NCBI GenBank assembly: GCA_963674825.1 | Contig: OY771587.1 | Span: 1,952,001-2,016,000 of the forward strand | Direction of reading: 5' to 3' | Origin: Candidatus Cloacimonadales bacterium | GTDB lineage: Bacteria; Cloacimonadota; Cloacimonadia; Cloacimonadales; JAIOQZ01 | Length of the DNA: 64,000 nucleotides | In this document: positions 19,866 to 28,459 of the stretch, one piece after another | Layout of the letters: every line of letters begins with the position of its first letter | Position numbering within the stretch: position 1 is the first letter of the stretch | Notes under the pieces: model-generated | Databases searched by the model: none | Told to the model about the DNA's origin: nothing | The model's input: the letters and a program-made list of their open reading frames with translations, nothing else | Made by a program: the position numbers and the translations under genes

Positions 19866-21668
19866 ATGAAAAATAAAACCGCGATCATCAGCACCGCAGG
19901 GCATATCGACCATGGGAAGACTGCGCTCATTCGCGCGCTGACAGGCTTCGACTGCGATACCCACAAGCTGGAGAAAGAGCGCGGAATTACCATTTCACTC
20001 GGCTTCACAAGGCTCGACCTCGACAACGGTACTCGTTGCGGGATCATCGATTGCCCCGGGCATCACGATTTCATCCACACGATGGTCGCCGGATCGAGCG
20101 GAATCGATCTCGCACTGGTAACTGTGGCTGCCGACGAAGGAATCATGCCTCAGACCATCGAGCACCTTCGTATCCACGATTTACTGGGTGTTACAAACCG
20201 CATTTACGTCATCACCCGCTGCGATCTTGTCAGTAAAGAAATTGCCGATGCGCTGCAATACACCCTTAATTCTCAGTTCAATGCACCAGTTGTTCAAACC
20301 TCGGCTGTGACCGGAGAGGGTATCGAAAAACTGCATGGATTGATCCAGTGCAGCCTGTCCGATGTTAAACCGCAATTTCTGGATACAGCATTCCGTATGC
20401 CGATCGATCGTATCTTCTCCATTGCAGGTCACGGCCTCGTCATTGGTGGAACTGTACGAACGGGAGTTTTACAGAGATCTGATCCAATATACTTGTTGCC
20501 GGGAGAAAAGAAGCTGCGTATCCGACGAATGGAGTGTTTTGGTGAGTCGGTGGATTCGGTATCTGCTGGGCAACGTACCTCGATCAATATAACCGGCGTA
20601 AAGCGCGAAGATTTGCATCTCGGTATGCAGATTTCCTGCTTTGCAATTCCTTTCACACTGCGGATTGATGCGTCGATCCGGCTATTCGAGGACGCTCAGG
20701 AGCTGGGAATATGGAGCCGTGTGCTTTTTTTGCAGAATGGCGTACGCATGCCGGTATCTGTTCATCTGTTAGATCGGGACACGCTGGCTTCAGGTCATTC
20801 CGGGCTGGCTCAGATCGATTTCGATTCACCTCACATAAGTCTCTATGGGGAGCAATTCGTTCTGCGCGATTCCTCGGATAGAACCACCATTGGTGGAGGA
20901 TTCGTTCTCGACCCGCATCCGCGGCACCACCGCCGCAGGAGACGGCACCAGATTGAATCGTTGCTCAGGCTCGAAAATGGGGGTGTAGATGAGCTTATTC
21001 GCCAAAAGGCGGATGGAATATCCGGTTGCTTCGAAGCGGCGCAAATTGCTGCTGAAAACGGCCTTTCTTTGATGTCGATTATCAGACACCCGGATGTCAT
21101 ATCAGTCAACCGAAAAGGATTCTATCTCGCACGGTCTGTTTTGGATCGAATCGAGAAGAGAATTCTGGATAGGCTGTCAATTTCAGGAGGGCTTTCAACT
21201 GTGGATTTGACCGACGGTAGATCCGAGGAAGAGTTTGCGCTGAAAGTACTCCAGAAGTCGGGACGTGTACAGCATTCTGATGGTCGCTGGTCGCTACCGG
21301 TTACTCAGAGTGAAATCGATCGTGCCTGTGAGGCTGTACTTGCGTATATGCTGCGCGAGAACCGGGAAATCGTGGTCAAAGAGGGTATGATCCGTGAGAT
21401 GGCAAGGATGGATATCGATAAGCATCGGCTGCGCATAGCACTGGATCATCTGGTAAAGACCGACCGGGTTATCCGCCATGAAGCGTGCTATATACACAGC
21501 TTTCTGCTCGATCGGGCAATCGCGACAGCGCAGCGATTAGCATGCTTCTCGGTGCGGGATTTCCGCGATGAAATGGGATGCAGTCGAGGGACAGCAATCG
21601 TGCTGCTGGAATACCTGGACAGCGATGGAAAGACCCGTCGTGAGGGCGATACCAGGATTTTTGTGTGA
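19866..21668 (+). CDS. selB: Selenocysteine-specific elongation factor SelB
   Basis: [28 protein letters not shown]-terminal winged helix FRDEMGCSR...LLEYLD. Confidence 0.93.
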   Translation: MKNKTAIISTAGHIDHGKTALIRALTGFDCDTHKLEKERGITISLGFTRLDLDNGTRCGIIDCPGHHDFIHTMVAGSSGIDLALVTVAADEGIMPQTIEHLRIHDLLGVTNRIYVITRCDLVSKEIADALQYTLNSQFNAPVVQTSAVTGEGIEKLHGLIQCSLSDVKPQFLDTAFRMPIDRIFSIAGHGLVIGGTVRTGVLQRSDPIYLLPGEKKLRIRRMECFGESVDSVSAGQRTSINITGVKREDLHLGMQISCFAIPFTLRIDASIRLFEDAQELGIWSRVLFLQNGVRMPVSVHLLDRDTLASGHSGLAQIDFDSPHISLYGEQFVLRDSSDRTTIGGGFVLDPHPRHHRRRRRHQIESLLRLENGGVDELIRQKADGISGCFEAAQIAAENGLSLMSIIRHPDVISVNRKGFYLARSVLDRIEKRILDRLSISGGLSTVDLTDGRSEEEFALKVLQKSGRVQHSDGRWSLPVTQSEIDRACEAVLAYMLRENREIVVKEGMIREMARMDIDKHRLRIALDHLVKTDRVIRHEACYIHSFLLDRAIATAQRLACFSVRDFRDEMGCSRGTAIVLLEYLDSDGKTRREGDTRIFV

Positions 21669-21738
21669 GAGCTCTGAAAATGTAAAATTAGTTCTTGACA
21701 GAAAATCACCATTCCTGTTTTTCTGCAACACTTATTGC

Positions 21739-21815
21739 GCGCCTGTAGCTCAATTGGATAGAGCATCTGACTACGGATCAGAAGGTTTGGGATTCGAATT
21801 CCTACAGGCGCGCCA
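21739..21815 (+). tRNA. tRNA-Arg (ACG)
   Basis: GCGCCTG/CAGGCGC acceptor, TCTGA-CTACGGA-TCAGA anticodon arm, encoded CCA. Confidence 0.96.
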
Positions 21816-21850
21816 TTTTTTTTGCCTAAAATCAGCTATTTACAATCAGC
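21790..21850 (+). repeat. attL-like direct repeat (tRNA-Arg 3' end plus downstream sequence)
   Basis: GGATTCGAATTCCTACAGGCGCGCCA-T8-GCCTAAAATCAGCTATTTACAATCAG, repeated at 50654. Confidence 0.9.
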
Positions 21851-22134
21851 TAGCCAGCCTTCAAAAAGCAGTCAAATATTGTGATGGATGTAATTATAGA
21901 TGTATATTGAAGCATATCACGATTCAGATGTCTATAACCACATGGAAAAAATAATCCTCTGCGTCACCGGTTCGGACGAAATCGAATGCCTGCCCAACTG
22001 CCCCAAAATTGTGACACGAATATTCACAGGATCACAGTTTTCGTTTGACAAGAGGATAGACGCGCAATGCTTTGTGATTCAAAGAAATATGAAATTCCGA
22101 TACATTGAAGGGAGGATCAGATCATTAATGGTTT

Positions 22135-22293
22135 ATGGCGTGGCATAATGTGAAGAGTGACGTGGGCGGCAAAAGAACTGCGGCGCAGCTCAATCACGCT
22201 CTTGACGCGCTCGTAAAGGCAGAGGTGCTGACCGCAGATAAGCAGGCGACAAGCTCCAAGCCCCGCACGGTCAATAGAAAATACGGAGGATAA
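22135..22293 (+). pseudogene. Possible C-terminal winged-helix fragment of a mobile-element replication protein
   Basis: Short GC-richer frame MAWHNVKSDVGGKRTAAQLNHALDALVKAEVLTADKQATSSKPRTV; resemblance judged by eye only. Confidence 0.25.
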
Positions 22294-22539
22294 TTCGAAG
22301 AGAAATCGCCACGCAATGTACTGCATGGCTTTCAGTTACGGAAATTTCCGTAAATTCGAACCGGGTACCCCATGGTGTCTTTTCGTTCATCTGGCATATT
22401 CACGCCAACACAAAATATATTTTGACATATCTTCATCTAGAATAACAAGCCTGTTGCATATCTTCATAAAACCCTACACGGAGGCTATGAAAATAAGGAA
22501 GCGGCAAAGCTTTATTTACCGAGATTGGAACCGTGCCCG

Positions 22540-22656
22540 GTGCGAGAAGGAGTCCTCGAAGTGACCGATCCGAGCCAATTCATGGATACCATTCGCAAGG
22601 GCATCGGCTCGGCGAAGTCGTTCGGGTTCGGGCTTCTCTCGGTGGTCAGGAGGTAG
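22540..22656 (+). pseudogene. cas6e: cas6e (CasE/Cse3) C-terminal fragment
   Basis: Frame reads EGVLEVTDPSQFMDTIRKGIGSAKSFGFGLLSV*, the Cas6e G-rich loop signature; no N-terminal part present. Confidence 0.85.
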
Positions 22657-22674
22657 GGGGCGATCCATGCGAAT

Positions 22675-22703
22675 GTATTCCCCACACACGTGGGGGTGAA
22701 CCG
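22675..22703 (+). CRISPR. Solitary type I-E CRISPR repeat
   Basis: 29 bp GTATTCCCCACACACGTGGGGGTGAACCG with CCCCAC/GTGGGG hairpin, 18 bp after the cas6e fragment. Confidence 0.85.
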
Positions 22704-22840
22704 TGGTTTAATATCAACCTGATGGCCAATTAGTTGAAACCTTCGGTGACCTAATGTGTTATTTTCGTGACCTTTATTGACATTATCAGTGTCACTTTAT
22801 ATCGATCTCGTTTCGTTGTATCATGCAAATTCTTCTTGAC

Positions 22841-22858
22841 AGTTAGTTGCGCCTAACT
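22841..22858. promoter_or_regulatory. DtxR/MntR-type operator 1
   Basis: AGTTAGTTGCGCCTAACT (TTAG-N6-CTAA) abutting TTGACA at 22836. Confidence 0.65.
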
Positions 22859-22894
22859 CTTTTTGTCTCTACTAAGTTTTATGCGAGGTGAATC

Positions 22895-23659
22895 ATGGGG
22901 ATTACAGACGAACTCAGCGCCAGCTTGGAGGATTATCTCGAGGCGATTTATCACATCATCCGGGAGAAGCAGGCGGCACGCGTGAAGGACATCGCGGCGA
23001 GGCTGCATGTCAAGGCGGCGTCCGTCACCGGAGCGATGCGCGCCCTTTCCAGCAAGGGACTCATCAACTACGCGCCGTTCGAGATCATCACATTCACCCG
23101 CGACGGTGAGATCGCCGCGAAGGATGTCGTGCGTCGCCATAACGCGCTCAAGGACTTCTTCGTAAAGGTGCTTTCCGTGGACACGGATGTCGCCGACAAG
23201 GCAGCATGCGAGATGGAGCATTGCATCACCAAGCCTCTTCTGGAGCGCTTTATCCAGTTCGCGGAGTTTGTGGAAGTATGCCCCAGGGCTGGAACCAAAT
23301 GGATTCGCGGATTCGGCTATTTCTGCGATCACGATTCGATGGGTGAAAACTGCGAAACGTGCATGCGCACCAATTTGGCCGAGTTGATTCAAAATCGAAA
23401 AGATAAAGGAGAAACCATGAACGAAAAACTGACATTGCGCGACATCAAGCCCGGTAAAAAGGCAAAGGTCGTGAAGGTTGCGCTGGCCGACACAGCGAGC
23501 AGGCGCATGGTCGAGATGGGTATGACGGTCGGTTCCGTTATCGAAGTGGTACGCATTGCGCCTATGGGAGACCCGGTCGATATCAAGCTTAAGGGCTATC
23601 ACTTGAGTGTCCGCAAGAAAGAAGCGGAGGGGATCTATGTGGAAGAGATGCCATCATAA
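22895..23659 (+). CDS. DtxR/MntR family metal-dependent repressor with C-terminal FeoA domain
   Basis: SLEDYLEAIY, ARVKDIA, ACEMEH; Cys-rich linker; FeoA motif RIAPMGDP. Confidence 0.92.
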   Translation: MGITDELSASLEDYLEAIYHIIREKQAARVKDIAARLHVKAASVTGAMRALSSKGLINYAPFEIITFTRDGEIAAKDVVRRHNALKDFFVKVLSVDTDVADKAACEMEHCITKPLLERFIQFAEFVEVCPRAGTKWIRGFGYFCDHDSMGENCETCMRTNLAELIQNRKDKGETMNEKLTLRDIKPGKKAKVVKVALADTASRRMVEMGMTVGSVIEVVRIAPMGDPVDIKLKGYHLSVRKKEAEGIYVEEMPS

Positions 23660-23894
23660 CCACGCGTTTGGCTGCACGTATCCGCTCAGCTTCTGTAAAA
23701 CAGGGCAAACGGTGAAGGTTCAGTGCGTGCACGGCGGTGAAGAGATGAAATCGCGTCTGGAAGCGATGGGATTCCTACCCGGAGCTGATGTTTCCATCAT
23801 CAGCGCGCATCATCACGGACCGTTCATCGTAAAGGTGAAGGACAGCCAGATCGCACTGGGACGGGGCATGAGCCACAAGATCCAGGTGGCATAG
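23637..23894 (+). CDS. feoA: Ferrous iron transport protein A
   Basis: RLEAMGFLPG, IALGRGMSHKI; ATG at 23637 with GGAGG RBS. Confidence 0.88.
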   Translation: MWKRCHHNHAFGCTYPLSFCKTGQTVKVQCVHGGEEMKSRLEAMGFLPGADVSIISAHHHGPFIVKVKDSQIALGRGMSHKIQVA

Positions 23895-23913
23895 TTTTTT
23901 TTTGCCCTAGAAG

Positions 23914-23927
23914 TTAGGCAAGCCTAA
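23914..23927. promoter_or_regulatory. DtxR/MntR-type operator 2
   Basis: Perfect palindrome TTAGGC-AA-GCCTAA upstream of feoB. Confidence 0.7.
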
Positions 23928-23955
23928 AGTTATTAGAACAGACTATGGAGAAACC

Positions 23956-26079
23956 ATGAAAAAGAAAATCACCATCGCGCTCGCCGGCAATCCAAACGCC
24001 GGCAAGACAACGCTATTCAATAACATAACCGGCGCACGGCAGCACGTGGGAAACTATCCCGGCGTCACCGTCGAACGTAAAGAAGGTTTCCGGGACTACA
24101 AGGACTACGAAATAAGGGTCGTCGACCTGCCCGGAACCTACAGCCTCACTGCATACTCGCAGGAAGAGGTAATCGCGCGTAATTTCCTGATCGATGAAAC
24201 ACCGGATGTGGTCATCGATATCATCGATACATCCAATCTGGAACGTAACCTGTACCTCAGCGTACAGCTTATCGAGATAGGTGTCCCGCTCCTTCTGGCG
24301 TTCAACATGAGCGACGTCGCGAAAGCGAAGGGCTATCAGTTTGACATGAAGAAGCTCTCGAATCTGCTCAGCGTACCGATTGTGGAGACGATCGGACACA
24401 AGAATAAGGGTACCTTCGAGCTGCTTGACGCCGTGATCGCCACCTACGAAGATATGAAAGCCGCAAACCCGGCAATCGTGCGTTACGGCAACGATATCGA
24501 AGAGGCGATTCGGGAGATTTCCAGCGTCCTGTATGAAGAACACAGACTCACATCGAAACAGGCGCACTGGGTTGCAATAAAGCTGCTCGAGAGTGACAGA
24601 GATATTGAAAAGCAGTTTATGGACGAGAAACTTGCTTCGGTCGTCAATCGACTCACGAGCACGCTGGAAATGAAGCTCGAAGAACCGATTCAAACAGCGA
24701 TCGCCTCACATCGCTACGGGATGATATCGGGGGCGTGCACGCAGGCGGTACGCTCCACCATCGAGCGACGGCACTCGGTCTCGGACGCAATCGACATGGT
24801 AGCAACCAATCGCTTCCTGGGTATTCCTATCTTCCTCGGGCTGATGTACCTCGTATTCTGGCTCACCTTCACCGTTGGCGCACCGTTGATGGATTGGCTC
24901 GACGCCGGCTTCGGCTGGCTGGGTGAATTCGTAAGCGGTTGGTGGGCTCCGGGCTCCGAAAGCGCGTTGAAATCCCTGCTTGTTGACGGCATCATCGGTG
25001 GCGTGGGCGGTGTCCTGATCTTCCTGCCAAACATCCTGCTTCTCTTCCTCGCTATCGCGTTTCTGGAAGACTCCGGCTACATGGCCCGGGCGGCATTCAT
25101 CATGGACCGGCTGATGCACAAGATCGGTCTGCACGGCAAGAGCTTCATCCCCATGCTGATCGGCTTCGGCTGCTCGGTACCGGCGATTATGGCCACAAGA
25201 ACCCTCGATAACCGACGCGACCGACTGGTGACCATGATGGTGGTCCCGCTGATGAGCTGCGGCGCCAGGCTTCCCATCTACGCGCTGATCATCCCGGCGT
25301 TCTTCCCGCAGGTGTGGCACGCGCCCATGCTGTGGCTCATCTACGTGATCGGCATCCTCCTGGCGATCATCAGCGCGAAGCTCCTGCGCTCGACCATCCT
25401 TAAAGGGGAATCGGTCCCGTTCCTGATGGAGCTTCCACCCTATCGCATGCCCACGATCAAGGGTATCTTCACTCATATGTGGGAGCGCGGATGGCTCTAC
25501 CTGAAGAAAGCCGGAACCATCATCCTCGGATTCTCCATCCTGATGTGGGTCATCACCACGTACCCACAGAAAAAGGATTTCGATCGCGACTACGACAACG
25601 AGATCGCAACGGTTGAGATGGACGAGCAGCTCACGCCGGAAGAACAGCAAGAACAGATCGCGACCATCGAAAACGCTCAGGCATCGGAAGCGCTCTCCCA
25701 TTCTGTCGCTGGCCGCATCGGGCACGTGCTCGAGCCCATCATCAAACCCATGGGGTTCGACTGGCGTATCGGCACGGCAATGATCGGCGCTTTCGCGGCG
25801 AAGGAGCTCTTCGTGGCCCAACTGGGAATCGTTTACTCGGTTGGTGAAGCGGACAAAGATTCGGAAAGCCTTCGAGACAAGTTACGAGAGAATTACACAC
25901 CCCTGATCGGCTTTGCCATCATGCTGTTCTCACTGATCAGCATGCCCTGTATGGCAACGGTCGCTGTGACCAAACGCGAGGCTAACTCGTGGAAATGGGC
26001 TCTGTTCCAGGTCGCAGGACTAACCATCATGGCCTGGCTGATCACAACCATAGTCTATCAGGTCGGAATGCTATTCTGA
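23956..26079 (+). CDS. feoB: Ferrous iron transporter FeoB
   Basis: GNPNAGKT, VGNYPGVTVE, DLPGTYSL, LEDSGYMARAA, GFGCSVPA. Confidence 0.97.
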   Translation: MKKKITIALAGNPNAGKTTLFNNITGARQHVGNYPGVTVERKEGFRDYKDYEIRVVDLPGTYSLTAYSQEEVIARNFLIDETPDVVIDIIDTSNLERNLYLSVQLIEIGVPLLLAFNMSDVAKAKGYQFDMKKLSNLLSVPIVETIGHKNKGTFELLDAVIATYEDMKAANPAIVRYGNDIEEAIREISSVLYEEHRLTSKQAHWVAIKLLESDRDIEKQFMDEKLASVVNRLTSTLEMKLEEPIQTAIASHRYGMISGACTQAVRSTIERRHSVSDAIDMVATNRFLGIPIFLGLMYLVFWLTFTVGAPLMDWLDAGFGWLGEFVSGWWAPGSESALKSLLVDGIIGGVGGVLIFLPNILLLFLAIAFLEDSGYMARAAFIMDRLMHKIGLHGKSFIPMLIGFGCSVPAIMATRTLDNRRDRLVTMMVVPLMSCGARLPIYALIIPAFFPQVWHAPMLWLIYVIGILLAIISAKLLRSTILKGESVPFLMELPPYRMPTIKGIFTHMWERGWLYLKKAGTIILGFSILMWVITTYPQKKDFDRDYDNEIATVEMDEQLTPEEQQEQIATIENAQASEALSHSVAGRIGHVLEPIIKPMGFDWRIGTAMIGAFAAKELFVAQLGIVYSVGEADKDSESLRDKLRENYTPLIGFAIMLFSLISMPCMATVAVTKREANSWKWALFQVAGLTIMAWLITTIVYQVGMLF

Positions 26080-26091
26080 CCGGGAGGAACC

Positions 26092-26259
26092 ATGCTTGAA
26101 ACCATAACCATCATCGCCCTGGTTGCAGCATCGGGAGCATTTCTCGTATGGAAGCTCATCAAGAGCTTTCGCGGCGAGACCGAATGCTGTGGAACCGCAA
26201 GTACATGCAGCGGCAACTGCAAATCCTGCTCACTCGTAGATCAACATGAAAGGAACTGA
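26092..26259 (+). CDS. FeoB-associated Cys-rich membrane peptide (55 aa; not in ORF track)
   Basis: GGAGG RBS; MLETITIIALVAASGAFLVWKLIKSFRGETECCGTASTCSGNCKSC... Confidence 0.8.
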   Translation: MLETITIIALVAASGAFLVWKLIKSFRGETECCGTASTCSGNCKSCSLVDQHERN

Positions 26260-26262
26260 CGA

Positions 26263-27276
26263 ATGAAAAAATCTATACTCTTGATATCCGTATTAGCCAT
26301 GTCCATCGCCCTCACTGCGATCGACATGCCCGAAATCGAACTCGACATCGTGCTGGATGCGCACTTTTACAGCGGCGACACTGCCAACGAAGGTGATTTC
26401 GACACCACCAACCGCTACCAGATCCGTAAAGCCGCTGTCAGCCTGGAAGGCGTCCTGACCGATCGCGTAGAATACGCCATGGAGTTCGGCGTCGCAACCT
26501 GCATCGGAAGCGGCGATCAACTTCGCATCATGGAAGCCGTCGTCATGTACGAACTGCTCGACGACGTGCACGTAGGACTCAAACAGGGTCATGTACTCAA
26601 AGGATTCGCTGCACGCAGAGAATGCTCGGCGCAACTCTCGATGGAAAAACCGGTTTTCATGAGCACGCTCAGCGACTGTCACCCACAGGGTGCCGTGTTG
26701 AATGGAAATTTCGACCTTGGCGGCAACATGGCTCTGGAAGCGGAACTCTCCCTGATGAATGGCCCCAATGGAACCCTTGACGGCGAGCACGATTACAACC
26801 TGGGTATGATCTTCAAGACACCGGTTCAGGGTCTTGACCTTGCCGGGTACTACAACCTCACCGAACGCCAGTATTACGACGAGGATTACCAGCAGTACTC
26901 CGAAGACGGATTCCGAGCCGGCGGTGGCATCGAATATCGCAATCACAACGTATGGAGCACATTCGAGTACTACGTCGGAGAGGGATTCGAGCGGGACGAC
27001 CAAAAGATCGCGGCCTGGTACGCACAGCTTGGCTACGACGCGCAGGTCGGGATCGAGCGACTCCGGTCGATCCAGCCGTTCGTGCGGTACGAATCCTGGG
27101 ATCGCGACATCGACGCGGACGAGGAACAGCTCTACACATACCTGGAAGCTGGCATCAACGTGCACGTTTCCGATAACACCATGCTGCGTGGAGCCTTCCG
27201 AACCAATACCGACACACCGAATGGCGTCGAGGAAGACCCAGACAGCTTCATCATCCGGCTCCAAACCGGAATTTGA
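26263..27276 (+). CDS. Outer-membrane beta-barrel porin (OprO/P-like)
   Basis: Signal peptide, YQIRKAAVSLEG, alternating beta-strand pattern, QPFVRYE, terminal IRLQTGI. Confidence 0.7.
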   Translation: MKKSILLISVLAMSIALTAIDMPEIELDIVLDAHFYSGDTANEGDFDTTNRYQIRKAAVSLEGVLTDRVEYAMEFGVATCIGSGDQLRIMEAVVMYELLDDVHVGLKQGHVLKGFAARRECSAQLSMEKPVFMSTLSDCHPQGAVLNGNFDLGGNMALEAELSLMNGPNGTLDGEHDYNLGMIFKTPVQGLDLAGYYNLTERQYYDEDYQQYSEDGFRAGGGIEYRNHNVWSTFEYYVGEGFERDDQKIAAWYAQLGYDAQVGIERLRSIQPFVRYESWDRDIDADEEQLYTYLEAGINVHVSDNTMLRGAFRTNTDTPNGVEEDPDSFIIRLQTGI

Positions 27277-27287
27277 CAGGAGGATTC

Positions 27288-28172
27288 ATGAAACGACATG
27301 CGCTACTATTTCTATTGATACTCAGTATCTCGATGACGCTCTTCGCCGAAACGACGACAATCGAACCCAGCGACGACATGTACTCCGACGCCGAAAATCC
27401 CGGCGTCAGCCCAACCATCACCCAGCTCTGGACCGCGAACTACTCAGCCGCAGGGCATTTCGAGCGAATCATGATCCGTTTCGATCTGAGTGATTACGCC
27501 GATGTCGAACTCCAGTCCGCGACGCTGAATCTAAGGCGCTTCTTCAGCTGCCCTTCCAGCGGTACAACCGCGACAACATTCTACGCGATCGACCAGCAAT
27601 GGGACGAAGAGACTTGGGATCATACGCAGCATATCGCTTACAACAGCGAAATATCGATGCCGTACGTCTTCAGCGGCACGGGCGGCAATGCAAACGTCGA
27701 TTTCAATATCGATATAACCGATTTCCTCAACAATTGGATCGAAGGAAACATCGAAAATTACGGGTTCGTGATCATTGCGAACAGCGGACAGAAACTTTCC
27801 GAGTTCTACTCCAAGGAACATGCAAACGCAGATTACCATCCATCCTTAACACTGACCTGGCAGGGTAACGTCAACCACGAAGAAGGGATTGCTCCCTACG
27901 GAGTCACTGCCATGAACTTCCCAAATCCCTTTAATCCGGAAACCACCATCGCCTACACCATTCCACAAGACTCCTTCGTAACCGTCGATATCTTCGACGC
28001 GCGCGGACGCCTTATCTATGCTATCTCCAAAGGTTATCAAGCTCAGGGACTACACCAGATAACCTGGAATGGCGTCGATGAATCGGGCAAAGACGTGGCA
28101 AGCGGCGTTTATTACTATCGGATCTCTACGAATCGCGGCACGATGACAAGACCGATGGTCCTAATAAAATAG
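27288..28172 (+). CDS. Secreted DNRLRE-like domain protein with C-terminal CTD/FlgD domain
   Basis: Signal peptide; IMIRFDLS, SATLNL, WDEETW, NYGFVI, FYSKE...PSLTL; NFPNPFNPETTI. Confidence 0.75.
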   Translation: MKRHALLFLLILSISMTLFAETTTIEPSDDMYSDAENPGVSPTITQLWTANYSAAGHFERIMIRFDLSDYADVELQSATLNLRRFFSCPSSGTTATTFYAIDQQWDEETWDHTQHIAYNSEISMPYVFSGTGGNANVDFNIDITDFLNNWIEGNIENYGFVIIANSGQKLSEFYSKEHANADYHPSLTLTWQGNVNHEEGIAPYGVTAMNFPNPFNPETTIAYTIPQDSFVTVDIFDARGRLIYAISKGYQAQGLHQITWNGVDESGKDVASGVYYYRISTNRGTMTRPMVLIK

Positions 28173-28196
28173 TGTCACGGATCCTCTGCAAAAACA

Positions 28197-28226
28197 AATC
28201 CCTCCTCGTGCAACCGGGGAGGGATT
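28197..28226 (+). terminator. Probable terminator of the feo operon
   Basis: AATCCCTCC...GGAGGGATT hairpin; T-tail weak. Confidence 0.5.
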
Positions 28227-28336
28227 GATTACAGATAGATTATCAGTGTTACGTAAGCGACGGCAGTTAATCGATCACCCTATCGAAATCGTCGCAGGTA
28301 TCTTTGGGTTGCTTTGATATCCCGGTGACCCAGTAG

Positions 28337-28432
28337 CTCCTCAGTCACAAAGACATCGCCACCACCCAGGTCTATGCCAAGCTCGTCGATAAGAAACGCG
28401 ATGAAGCCATCGATAAGCTGCCGGAGTTGTGA
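28337..28432 (+). pseudogene. Tyrosine recombinase/integrase C-terminal remnant
   Basis: LLSHKDIATTQVYAKLVDKKRDEAIDKLPEL* matches the box II LLGH...TTxxY motif. Confidence 0.8.
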
Positions 28433-28459
28433 ATTATCTCCATCCCTTGCTCGGACAGA

